The position numbers and the translations under genes were made by a program. Positions 28,100 to 41,112 of a DNA stretch of 64,000 nt are shown one piece after another (the stretch's first letter is position 1; each line of letters starts with the position of its first letter). The stretch is from Flaccisagitta enflata. Lineage: Eukaryota. The notes under the pieces were generated by a model. The model saw only the letters and a program-made list of their open reading frames with translations. It did no database searches and was not told the DNA's origin. The stretch is taken from the NCBI GenBank assembly GCA_965153355.1, contig OZ231126.1, forward strand, positions 33,976,001 through 34,040,000. The letters run 5' to 3'.

Positions 28100-28693
28100 C
28101 GTCGTCGTTGGTTTTTTAATGCACTTCATGGTAGCATCATCGCAACAGTGAGTCTGCCGACTCAAATACATAAACAAAACTCTGCCTTGCCTTTTAAAAA
28201 GGATCGTTCAAGCGACTAAAATCTTTACGCCTCATTTTCTTTGCAGTGCGATGGCTTACACTCGTAGGAATTAGTCAGTCCCAAAGACATTCCCATTTAT
28301 TTCTTCTTTCTCGCTCATTGGTTGCGCTATTAGCCTTTCCATCAATGTCGGAAATCGTGATTGCTTCAGGCTTCAGCTACTCTCTGATTCCCCCCCCCCC
28401 TCTCAATCCAGTCTCGCTTGATGACATCTCCACGCGCACAACTGACGATGGCATTCAGGTTAATTGGGCCCTACTTTTTATGGTCTTCCAATGCTATCTT
28501 ATCTCAACCAGTGCAATTTGCTACATATGTATATCTTGCAAGATATCAACCGAGTGCGCGGGAAAGAGAAGACATGGAGGGCAAACCAATCATCGAATGC
28601 CAACGAATCTCCATTTTGAAAGCCTGAAAGACGTCGTAACACTTGTCTCTTTCAGTCTTTGTCTTTGGGTCTTGAGTTGCTCTAGTTTTCTGA

Positions 28694-28788
<95 letters not shown>

Positions 28789-28821
28789 TTTGTTTTTGTT
28801 AGCGGTGAATCATGCTTAGAG

Positions 28822-31800
28822 TAGGGCATCCCAGAAAGGCTGGTTCTGAAGGCTACTTCAAAAAATTATCAAAACCTCTCTTTCATTGGGACCATCGACA
28901 TCCTCTAGGACCAAAACAATTGTTGTTCTATGATTTTTTAAAGAAATGTGCAGCGGGTGCCCTTTAGTAGATTGCTTGTTACAGAGCCGAAAAACGCAAA
29001 AAATTGCAAAAAACGCCAATAATGTTTTTTTTTCACCTTATCTTGATACTAATTACCCAAGTCCTACAGTAGTAAAACTATGTAATTCAGCTTCTACAAT
29101 ATATAAACTTGCAAGGACAACAAGAAATCTAGTTCTGTGTGTCAGAAACCCTTGATTACATCATTATTGGCGCAGCTAAGAAGTGCAAAAAACGCAAAAA
29201 AAACAAAAAATTTGAGATTGTTCATCTTGTTTTCTTTGCTATTCCTTGACAAATTGGTAAAAATCCTTGGGGCTGGTCTTGTTTGAAAGATATTAGGTAG
29301 TAGAACATAAGATATGGAGAAGTAGCTGAAAGGGGTCCAAGTGGGCCCTTTGGGGGTCCTCAAAGGACCCTGGATGACCAAAATAGCTGAAAATTGCTAA
29401 AAAATGAGGAGTTTTAGAGTTGTTTCTTCTCAAATGTTATGTTAAGATACTGTCACCTGGTTTGGAGCAACAAAAGAAAAGGTCAGGGGCCCCTCAGGGA
29501 CCTGTTCAAGGGGCCCCTAGATGGTCCCAAAGGCTTGAAACGGGCAAAAATGACCAAAATTTAAGCATTTTTATCAATTTTTGGCCATCTTTGACAATGA
29601 AGGGCCTAGTTATCTGTTTAGCTCTCTCATCAGTGCAGCAGAACTAGATAAGAAGGCTGAAGACCCCTGATGGGCCCATCCAGAGGATCTAAAGGACCCA
29701 TGATAGCCAAAAATGAGCAAATCTTGATATTTTTACACTATTCTTCTTTGATACATTGTTGGACTGCACCTGTTTACAGTTTATTGGATGGATGATTGAT
29801 TGATTGATTGATTGATTGTTAGATTGATTCATATGTCATATATCATACCTCAATTATCATACTATACATAATAATATACCTAGTAAAAGGATATATTTTT
29901 AAGCTGCTGCTCATGCTTTAATGATCATCATTGTTTTTGGCTTTGTTTCTTGTTTTTGTTTATATTTTTTTGTTTTTTTTTTCTTTTTCTTTTTTTTTCT
30001 CTAATGAATCAAGGGAGGGGGGAATAACATTAAAGGTTTTGGAGCAATTTCAATACTCTCAAACTGACTCAATGTTTAGTCCTCAGGGATTTTTCCATCC
30101 CAGGCATCATTGCTCCATATTCCAGCGCCAAAAACAAGGCCCATGAACTTTTTTTTTAAGAAATAAAGCCTGACTCTCTTTGATCTCTTCCCAGGATGCA
30201 GTCTCATGAACAACATCAGTGTATGATGAGACTTAATTTTTTCAAAATCTACCAGTTCCCCATGGTAGGAAAGAGAGGGTAACCATGCCTCCTAAGAGCA
30301 AAGATCTTCTTCATTAATTGCCAAGCTGGAAGAGAAATAACTTTGGATTGTCATTTCCATTTGAAATGGTGATCTCAATGTAAGACTCATTCTGTCAAAG
30401 ATGTGTTGCCAGATCAGATACTGAGGCAATGCCATCATATGGGGCGTATGGGATGCCTGAAGCGGTAAAGCTTCACCAAGCTCTGACTCAGCATGATCAG
30501 ATTATCTATCAGCTCTTGGCCAGGTACTTATGCAGATGCAACACTAAATTTGCAACAAAAGTGATGCCATGGGGTCAGCCATGCCATTGCCATTGATTGA
30601 TATCTTAACCAGCTGCTACACAAACAAAATACTAATACTAAAACAAAGCAGTAGTGATATGTGTCCAGCAATACCCACTGCCCTTCTTTGTATGATTGTA
30701 TTTGGGAATGTGTGGGAGCAGGGCACAGCTCCGAAGGGGTTAGTACACAGGGGGTGATTAAAGGCTTCAAAAAGCTTGGGAGGGCTGATTGGGGCTGAAA
30801 AGACAAAATTTGAGGTCCAAGACAGTTGATTTCATCAATAAGAAGGCTGATTTGAGGCCTGAAAGAGCCCTGGTAAAACTGATTTAATGCTTGAGAGGAT
30901 TTGATTGAGGTCAGACAAGGCTATTTTGACGCCCAAAACAGTTGATTTCATGGCTCAAAACGCTAATTTGGTGCCTGAAAGAGTTGATCAGCAGAGGCTG
31001 AAGGCTGAAAAGAGGGAAGGATGCACAAAGCCAAAGGGATAGACGGACAGACAGATGAATGAACATAAGTCTTTCTGTGTACTTCTATTGTACATCAAAT
31101 TGTACAATGTCAAGTTGCAAGTCTTTATCTTTACAGCAAGAGCAGCAGCAGCTTATAAATCAATTAATTTTCATATCAATCATATTGTGTATGACAAGTG
31201 GGAAAATATTCCTCTTTATACCCAAACGGAGGAAAATTTAGATACAGTTTGTTATAAGATATAGGAGATAATCAATCAATTATCCAACAAACAGTAAGCA
31301 AACAATCTATGAAAGATATATAACATTAAAAATGTAAAGATTTGGTCACTTTTGGCTATCACGGGTCCCACAAGGCGTTTGTATGGGTTCAACAGGGGTC
31401 TTCATCTTTCACTTTTATTCTTATCTAGTTCTGCTGTACTGATGAGGGAAGCTAAACAGATTACTAGGTCCTTCATCGTCAAAACTGCTTAAATTTTGGC
31501 CATTTTTCCCCGTTTAAGCCTTTTGGAGCATCTAGGGGCCCCTTGAATGGGTCCCACAGACATATGAATCAATCTAACAATCAATCATTCAATAAATCAA
31601 TCAATCATCCATCCAATAAGCAGTAAATAGGTGCAGTCCAACAATGTATCAAAGAAAAATAGTGAAAAAATGTCAAGATTTGGTTATTTTTTGCTTTTAT
31701 GAGTCCTTTGGGTCCTCTGGATGGGCCCATCAGGGGTCTTCAGCCTTCTTATCTAGTTCTGCTGCACTGATGAGGAAAGCTAAACAGATAACTAGACCCT

Positions 31801-32605
31801 TCATTGTCAAAGATGGCAAAAAATTGATAAAAATGCTTAAATTTTGGTCAATTTTGCCCGTTTTTTTAAGCCTTTAGGATCATCTAGAGGCCCCTTGAAT
31901 GGGCCCTTGAGGGGCCCCTGACCTTTTTTATTGTTGCTCCAAACCAGGTGACAGTATCTTAACATAAAATTGTCGTCTCCAATAACATTTGAGAAGAAAC
32001 AACTCCAAAATCCCTCATTTTTAGCCATTTTCAGCTATTTTGGTCATTTGGGGGCCCTTTGAGGACCCCCGGTTCTGGAGGGTTTCACAGGGACTCTATC
32101 GCTACTTCTCCTTATTTCATGTTCTACTACCTAATATCTTTCAAACAAGACCAGCCCCAAGGACTTTTAACAATTTGTCGATGAATAGCAAAGAAAACAA
32201 GATGAACAATCTCAAATTTTGCATTGTTTTTGGTAGTGCCTTGCACCCCTAAAAAGGGGGGGGGGGAACTAAAAGTGCGGTAGAGGGAGAGGTAGAGGGA
32301 AATGGGAAATATGGCCCAAACTTTTTTTTCTCAAAGTAGACATAAAAAGTAAACTTTTCACAAATGCAAATCTTTCTATGACCAAAAAGAATTTTTTCAC
32401 CCCCATCTATTTTTGACGTTTATTGCGATTTTCACATTTTCGGTTCCTTAGCCAGCAATCTATATGAGGGCTGCCATTGCACATTTTTCAAAAAAAATCA
32501 TAAAACAACAGCCATTTCCTTGGCCAAAGAGGGACGTTTCACGGTAGCTGCATTAAAAAGAGATTTTAGACTTTTATGATACTGCATCCCATCTGGGATG
32601 TCCTA
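28822..32605. mobile_element. hAT-like foldback element (~3.8 kb)
   Basis: TIR TAGGGCATCCCAGA / TCTGGGATGTCCTA; long internal inverted arms ~29210-29840 vs ~31560-32220; no matching 8-bp TSD. Confidence 0.7.
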
Positions 32606-32914
32606 TCTCAACTCGTCTTTTTTTCGTTTTTTTTTTTCTCTCATTTTTTTTAAAGGTCATTTTTTTTTCGTTCGGCTCCTCCTGTTTATGACTGCCTGCA
32701 GGTTCATCTACTGGGTTGAAGAGTCGCGTCCACGCGTGTGAAATTAATACGCCGCTCTGAGCCTCTGACCGTTGTTCTGTACAACTGGATCGCCCTTGTT
32801 CCCCGGAATCAGTGCGCTTGTAACTGTCATGGACCAATTATGTATGGTCTTGAATGTCTCACTTTGTCTAGCAAGTCTGCCCTATTTGTCCCTTGTTTGC
32901 CTTCTTTGTCCCTT

Positions 32915-32983
<69 letters not shown>

Positions 32984-33186
32984 GTTGTTTGAGTTCGCGC
33001 CCACCTTCATTGAAGAGGAGAATCTGCACTCCTCAAATCCACTGTAAGTATCAAACATCGTTTCCAGGTCACGCGTGTTGATGAGAGACCCGCTAATAGG
33101 GGGGCGGGGGGTGGTCGTCGGCAAATAAACGCCACCTTCATGGGGATATATTACGTGCTCGATATTACACTGCCCCTGCTTTAATT

Positions 33187-33739
33187 CATGGTGTTTCATG
33201 CCAAAATAGATGTAAGAAAACAATGCCATTCTGCTTCTAAAAATGCAAAAATGGTTCTGGAAAAAGATCCAAAGAGCTTTTAAGCTCCGATTTTTTGTGT
33301 AAAAATTTCAAGGGTTTGGGTCAAATATCTTGGCCACAGCATCAAATTGAAGTAAAATGAGCATTTTTAGGAGAAGCTCTTTTAACATAATTTTGATTTT
33401 AAAAGTTTTTCTTTAAAGGGCTCTCATTTCTAAACGGCTTGAGTTATAGATGTCAGATTGGTCTCAAATTAAAGCTTATCAAATTTTCTTTAATTTGAGA
33501 CCAATCTGGCATCTGTGATAGCAAAAAATCAAAATTATGTTAAAAGAGCCTCTCCTTTAAATGCTCATTTTACTTCAAATTGATGTTGTGGCCAAGATAA
33601 TTGACCTAAACCCATGAAATTTATTCACAAAAAAATCGGAGCTAAAGCGCTCTTTGAAACTTTTTTCAGAACTATTTTTGCATTCTTAGAAGCAAAATGG
33701 CATCGTTTTCTTATATCTAATTTGGCATGAAACACCCTG
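33187..33739. mobile_element. Palindromic Tc1/mariner-type MITE
   Basis: CATGGTGTTTCATGCCAAA / TTTGGCATGAAACACCCTG-TA; arms pair almost to the centre. Confidence 0.8.
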
Positions 33740-35218
33740 TATTTGGTATGCCTTTTATATCACTGCCCCTGCCAACCCACACGCGACTTAGGTAGACGTG
33801 TATCCGGCCGTATTTTTTCCAACGTGCGCCACATGGCCACAGGACGTCTGCAAAAGGCTATGCCCGTTGGTTGGTAGGTTGGTTGGCTCGTCGGCAACGT
33901 ATTCGTTAGACACTCCACCTGGCGCAGGTGTAGGCCTAATCAACCACGCTTATCGGATTTTAATCGTACATACTACTTTGGTTGACTTTAAAAACTCGAG
34001 ATATTATTCCCAGATATTCCGGCTAGCATGTTAACATGATCAAAACCAGCCCGGATACACGACCATTAAGTAGTCGTGGGAGAGTGGGCAGTAATGCGGG
34101 GGGGGGGGGCAAGGGCAGTATGGGAAAGGACTAAGGCTGTTCTGTGATTGGGTGGATGCAGTAATACCCAAACTTGACTTTTTCAGTCGATGCCGCGTCA
34201 TTTCACAAGAAAACATACATCACAAAACACGATTCCTTGAATCACACCTTCTTTCAAAAACGGGCGACGAACATTCACGCTTTGGAATCAACGACCTTTC
34301 AATTTCCCAAAGCCAACAAATCACCGAAAACTCAACAGAGACTAAAAACTCAAAATCATGAATTCCTTTGTTTGCGCGTGGAAACGATTTTCCTATTTCA
34401 TCGCAAAAAATCTTCGAAAATCAAAATCTAAATCTAAGTCTACAAAAGTCGCAACCAACCATCTTGCGAAATATCGGTTATCTAAAGAGCAAGAATATCT
34501 TAGTGATTTCCATTGTTTAGCTTGTCACAAAGAAAAGCTATGGATCATCGCAGTTAGGGGTTTGTTTCCGTAATTTGAGTCTGAACATATAGACTTGTCG
34601 TTTTGAAATCAGATTCCACCTACGCACGAAAAAATGAGAGAGAACCAATAAGTTGTTTAACAAGGCCAAGTAGGCCAATAAGGTGCGACATATACAGACT
34701 TTTCGTTCGTGATAGATGGATTTCGACTCTACTTATATGAAAAAAAGACAAAAGCTAAAAAAGGAAAAAGATCAAGATCAAACAGATTCCACCTACGCAC
34801 AAAAAAAATGAGAGAGAACCAATACGTTGTTTAAAAATCATTGAAGCTGAACGCAATCTGAGAGTTTGAATCGTCTCACTTTTGATGGAATTCTCATGAA
34901 AAGGATAAAAACTCGTGACGAGTCAAAAACCGACGCGCGAAAGAATTTGTCTCAATTTGAAGGTTTGCTCCTTCCATTCTAAATCCTTCATTTGACTGAA
35001 AAGTCCTTATCTCCTTCTCTGTCACTGACTCTGTTTCTCCGTCTCTCTCTAACTGTCTCAAGCTTTGACTGTCTTCGATAGTATCATATACCAGCTCGTC
35101 TTTCCTATTTTGTCTATTTCTGAATATTTCCGGCTCGATGTCTCTCCTTTTCTGTTACTGTCCCTCCCTATCTCTCTGAACTTTTCTTTCCTTCTTTCTT
35201 TCTTTCTCTCTTTGTCTC

Positions 35219-35429
<211 letters not shown>

Positions 35430-36229
35430 CTCCTGTCACAAATTCTCCCATCAAGTTGTGTGACGGGAGGCCATTGGGGATCTCCCCTTCTTCTCCTCAT
35501 CATTCTTTGCTCATGAAAACTGATGACGCGCGGGAGAATCGGAACCAGGAATCGAAACCTCACTCACATTCATTTGTCTCTCCCTGCGCCTTAAGTAACA
35601 ACTTGCCAACTGCTCCCGATGACAATGTGACCAATATCTGAAATCAATCATATCAACCAATTAAAAAAAAAAAAAAAAACTAATTCACGAGCCATCTTGA
35701 AACAGTGGTCGGTCGTCAAGTAATAATTTGTCGTCCTGTGGGGAAGGACGGGTCGATCGTGCACTTTTTTCGTCCGGCGGTTGGGTCCAGTCGGTCGGTC
35801 AGTCTGACGATCGATGCTGAGTGGAATCAATGATATTTTGCGATGGGATTGATCGTGTCGGGCGTCCAAGGCCTTCGCCTCAACCTCGGCAACCCAGTCA
35901 ACAAAAAACAAGTTGTCGGTAAGTTGTTGATTCAGCTAATCTCTTTTTTTCATCATTATTTTAATCCTGTCTAGCTTTACTTGGTTAATGAAGTGGCTTT
36001 GTTTGTTTCTTTGATTCAGCCAAACTGTAGCTTGACTAGGTTAATGAACTGGCTTTGTTTGTTTCTTTAATTTGACTTCAGATAGACTCACTAATTGATA
36101 TGCCGCGTAAGGAAACTCTTTCATTAATTGCTTACGCATGTTTTTCATTAAGAATCGATTTAAAACATGAACCATGACACAGCACAAAACGAGAGAGCTA
36201 AAACAAAAACAATCTTGAGAAAAAGAGAG

Positions 36230-36329
<100 letters not shown>

Positions 36330-36778
36330 AGAGGGAATGAGAAAAAGAATGAGAAAAAGAATGAGAAAGGTATAAACACGCTTGCCATCCAGGATAAAAG
36401 AGACATTAATTATTCAACATCAGCTCCATGGCCTGTTTTTATGTTTAACGGATGCAGTGAAACTTTTTCCTCAAGGTCCATTAACCCACAGGTGATATCG
36501 TTCGCTTCTCGATGGTCGATAGCGGTTTAAAACACAGAGGCATACATTGAGAACTTTTGCTGGTAATGAAAGTTTTTGTTTCAACATGTCGTTTAAACGA
36601 GCGCGGTTTTCTTTAGAATCAATTCGAATTTCAAATAACTGCTTGTGAGGTTAGGGTCTACTTTTTTCTCCATGTTTATCAACACAACCTCAATGAACAT
36701 ATTGTGAATATTCATTGACTATTTGTTGAACATTCATTGAACATTGATTGCACATTCATTGAACATTCAATGGAATCC

Positions 36779-37077
36779 TTAAACGCCGAGACGGAAAATG
36801 GCGCCGAAGATCACCGAGGAAATCATAGTGGCCACTTGATGTTGACGGTGAAAAGTGACATCGGCTCCGTTGTATCTGACCCGCCATGAATCCCCGTCAT
36901 TGTCGTAATAGTCGCCGTATGATGGTGAGTAATCGTAGTAATTACCAAAGGAAGGAGTAGTTGCCTCGCCGGCGGCGCGGGGCTGACAGTAACTCCGACA
37001 GCCGTCGTAACAGCATCTCGGATTACATCGCATGACGGGGCATTGGTTCTCGGAACAACCAAACCCGGGTCGAGGCT
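36779..37077 (-). CDS. Probable terminal exon: compact WAP-like repeat 3 plus Tyr/Asp-rich tail
   Basis: Acceptor TTTCCAG, phase 1; EPRPGFGCSENQCPVMRCNPRCCYDGCRSYC...YYDYSPSYGDYYDND...stop. An alternative donor after 36946 is possible. Confidence 0.7.
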
Positions 37078-37329
37078 CTGGAAATACGGAATAATGAGAA
37101 ACAAGGTTCCATCTGAAATTATTAATGCCGTAAATCATTCCTCGTACACGGTCGAGTTGCATAAATGGAATCACGATTAGGCGAGACAATGGTGCTTTGA
37201 AACCAACCCCATGCAACCACAACAAAGAAAGCAACATTTTGTTTTTGTTTTTGTTTTTGTTTTTGTTTTTGTTTTTGTTTTTGTTTTTGTTTTTGTTTTT
37301 GTTTTTGTTTCTGTACGTTTTCTTCTTAC

Positions 37330-37485
37330 CTGTCACCATTGGGCATGAGGCATCTCGCGGTGTGGTTGTCTCCACCGCCATTCCTTCATCCTGGCAAAAG
37401 CTTCTGCATCCATCGTAACAGCATTTTGTGCGACAGCGCATGACTGGGCACATATTCTCCAAGCAACCGTAACTACCCAGTGGTT
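37330..37485 (-). CDS. Exon (156 nt, phase 1-1): compact WAP-like repeat 2
   Basis: TGCAG acceptor, GTAAGA donor; PLGSYGCLENMCPVMRCRTKCCYDGCRSFC...DASCPMVT. Confidence 0.85.
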
Positions 37486-37631
37486 CTGCATTGAATGGAG
37501 GTTTAATGAAGTTAGCTTTGAAATGGATTTCATGCAACCTGTTTCGCGACACCGAGTTTCAGACGCAATGAATCTATGCTCGTTTTCCTCGTGAGGCGTG
37601 AACGAAGTACCATGGTTCAAAAGCACAAACG

Positions 37632-37675
<44 letters not shown>

Positions 37676-37707
37676 AACAGCAACAACAACACCACAACCA
37701 CAACCAT

Positions 37708-37766
<59 letters not shown>

Positions 37767-37828
37767 AAACAAAAATAACTAACAACAAACAACGAGGATA
37801 AACATATCGAAGAGACTATAAGACATAC

Positions 37829-37978
37829 TTTTCATGGGACAAGAATCGTCCTGAGGCGCCTTCGTGGACTCGACTTCTTTGTCGCAACAAAAGCTTTTGC
37901 ATCCGTCGTAACAACATTGATTTCGACAGAACATGACCGGACACCGATCATTTGTACATCCGTTGCCTCTTGTTGGAT
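37829..37978 (-). CDS. Exon (150 nt, phase 1-1): compact WAP-like repeat 1
   Basis: TGCAG acceptor, GTATGT donor; DPTRGNGCTNDRCPVMFCRNQCCYDGCKSFCC...DDSCPMK. Confidence 0.85.
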
Positions 37979-38044
37979 CTGCATTTGAAACATGGATGCG
38001 TTCATCATTAAAATGCAACGATAACGATAGATGTTTCTGGGCTG

Positions 38045-38167
38045 CACATCCATTGTGGCAGCATCTTTGTCCCTTTGGACAAGAGGAATCAATCTCGGTG
38101 TTGCAAAGAATGGCACAAATGCCAAAATGATTAGGATCCACTGGAGGGCAAGAATCGCCAACAGCCT
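38045..38167 (-). CDS. WAP-domain exon, 3'-truncated copy lacking Cys8 and the donor
   Basis: Matches 45663-45803 up to CCHNGC, then diverges and stays in frame into the next exon. Confidence 0.7.
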
Positions 38168-38518
38168 CTGGAAAACCAAGAGATAATTGACGAGTTTAGA
38201 TAGAGAGGAAAACTGGAAAAGAGGGAGTAGATGGGAAAAGAGAGGGTAGAGGGGAGAGGGTTGTGACTAAGAATTGATTGCGTTTCATTTTGTCGTTTCA
38301 TTTTGTTGCTGAAAGCAGTGCTTTGGCTTGGTACTCCTCATGTACACATATCTTACTACAGTAGCAATTAGAAAACATTTATTCATGCTACTTAACTGAC
38401 CAGTTTTTTCTACAAGTAACATGTAAACATGTTCGGTGACAGTGCATCACCGTCAGTACGTGTAAATCGAATGGATTTAGACATAAAGATTGTAGTCATA
38501 GACAAAGAGAAGCATGAC

Positions 38519-38623
38519 CTAGCATGATTTGATTCTCGCATTTGGCGCCCGTGAATCCAGGCAGACAATCGCAGGCGGTTTTCCCGGTCAACGTAGTGTA
38601 AGGCTTTCCTCCGTTCTCGCAGT
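38519..38623 (-). CDS. Exon (105 nt, phase 1-1): four-Cys EGF-like module
   Basis: CCCAG acceptor, GTCATG donor; CENGGKPYTTLTGKTACDCLPGFTGAKCE matches the EGF CxCxxGFxGxxC signature. Confidence 0.75.
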
Positions 38624-38670
38624 CTGGGCAGATGGCAGGAAAGACAAGACAACAAGGGTGTAAACTGTAA

Positions 38671-38770
<100 letters not shown>

Positions 38771-38774
38771 CACA

Positions 38775-39251
<477 letters not shown>

Positions 39252-39307
39252 CAGGCAGACGGACAGACATTGAAATGAATAGGGAGAGACAAGTAGGGAT
39301 TTGTTAC

Positions 39308-39412
39308 TTGGGAAATTGGTGTCGTGAGGATTGGAGACTAACGGTGCTGTTGATGGTTCGCCGTTTGCCAATGGATCCTCAGTTTCAACAACATCTGTAT
39401 CGACCTTCACAG
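39308..39412 (-). CDS. Exon (105 nt, phase 1-1): acidic linker
   Basis: CTCTTTACTCTAG acceptor, GTAACA donor; open VKVDTDVVETEDPLANGEPSTAPLVSNPHDTNFP, in frame with the EGF exon. Confidence 0.6.
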
Positions 39413-39863
39413 CTAGAGTAAAGAGAACAAGGCCGGATACACAGTAGTCCTTTGCGGGTGGGCAGGGCCGCGGGGACAGTATGAGAGTCAGGGTGGGCCG
39501 TAGAACTCTTATGGAGGCAGATCGGCTACCAACAGTAGGGACTGGCTTCATTCATCATAACAACAAGGTTTGCCTAGTTTCATGACCACATGATCAATTT
39601 TACTCATGGCCACCCTAAAATCCCAGCGTGAGCATTGTTGCGGTAAAAATTCCAACTTTTGGTCACTTTGGCCTCAAAATTAAGCCCCTTCGAATTTAAA
39701 TTTAGACTTAAAATCCATGAGATAATAAAATTGGAACTCAAGAGCTAACCAGTGGTGCAATCCGCATGTTTTTATCTTTAATTTGTTGAGATTTGAGAGC
39801 ATTTCAAGATGCAGGGGTATGAAGGTCAAATCGCAGCTTATTTTCAATGGCAATTTTGACATT

Positions 39864-40041
39864 TTTAGTCGCGGACTAGCGACTCTATAAGAGGCTTTGT
39901 CCGTCCGTCCGTCCGTCCGTCCGTCCGTCGGTTGGTCGGTCGGTTGGTCCGTGGTGATCGAGTTGAGAGAGTGCGAAAACGCGCATTTCCGCCCCTGCCC
40001 ACCCGTCCGCGACTGGTATTGGCCGTGTATCCGGCCTTGTT
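39864..40041 (+). mobile_element. HINE/DINE-1-like family 1 copy
   Basis: 5' palindrome AGTCGC..GCGACT, (GTCC)n, 3' hairpin GGCCGTGTATCCGGCC then TTGTT. Confidence 0.75.
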
Positions 40042-41112
40042 CACAAATTTAAACATATTTTGGATTTGGATGGGCCATTCTGCATGAAATTGGTGATCAA
40101 ATTGAAAAGTGTTTGCTGCTCTAGTTGATGGTGAAAAAATTTTTGATCGATTTTACCCATAATTATTTCTACTAAAGGTGTGTCTGCATTAATCAGCGTA
40201 ATCGGATATTTTATTTGAATATTAATACCCGGATATTTCATTTAGTAAATTTTGTAAATTCACTATGCAGAATATCCGGATATTGATATCCAGATAAAAT
40301 ATCCAAATAATATGGTGAATGCAGACGCACCCTGAGTGTAGAAGCAGGTGTAAAAAATTCGATTTTCTTGAAAATTTGGCAATTTTGGACCAAAAATTAG
40401 ACTGCTTCCATTTTTCAAAAAGACTTGAAATCCATGAGCAAAATAAATGACTGATCAAGAGCTAAGTAGTCGCGCAATCGGCATGTCAATATGTTTTTGT
40501 ATTTAGATTTTACTTAACTTCAAAGATCAAAGGGTATGTCAATATGACCATTTATGGTCACTTTGGGGTTACTTCGCCGTAGAAATTGATAGAAAAATCC
40601 AAGAGATTATAAAAATAGAGCTCGAGAGCTAACCAGTGGTGCAATCCGCACAATTTTATCTTAATTTGTTGAGATTTTAGAGCATTTTGAAGATGAAAAG
40701 GTCAAACAAAAAGCAAAAAGCAAAAACAGCAGATTGGTCCTCTTACCCTCCATCTTTAAAACTCTGTGAAATCTAAATGGAAGAAGATAAATAGATGCAA
40801 ATTGCACGACTGGTTAGCTCTTGAGCTCTAGTTTTATAATCTCATGGATTTTGTGTCAGATTACTAACTCAAAGTGGCCTAATTTTGAGCCCAAAATGAT
40901 AAAAAATACCTAAAAATGTCATTTTATCATACCCACTGATCCTCAAAGCTCTGCGTGAAAGCTTCAACATATTGACATGCCGATTGCACCATTGGTTAGC
41001 TCTGGAGCTATAGTTTAATTTGCCTATGGATTTTTTGTCTTTTTCTAGCTCGGAAGCACCAGCATTTTGTGACCAAAGTAGGCAAATGGGTGAAAAAAGC
41101 ACTTACTTCAAG

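Noticed and set aside
32702-33043. Plus-strand Cys-rich exon relic and a short exon ending at GTAAGT (33044)
   Set aside because: Stop and frameshift present; Cys spacing fits no domain convincingly.
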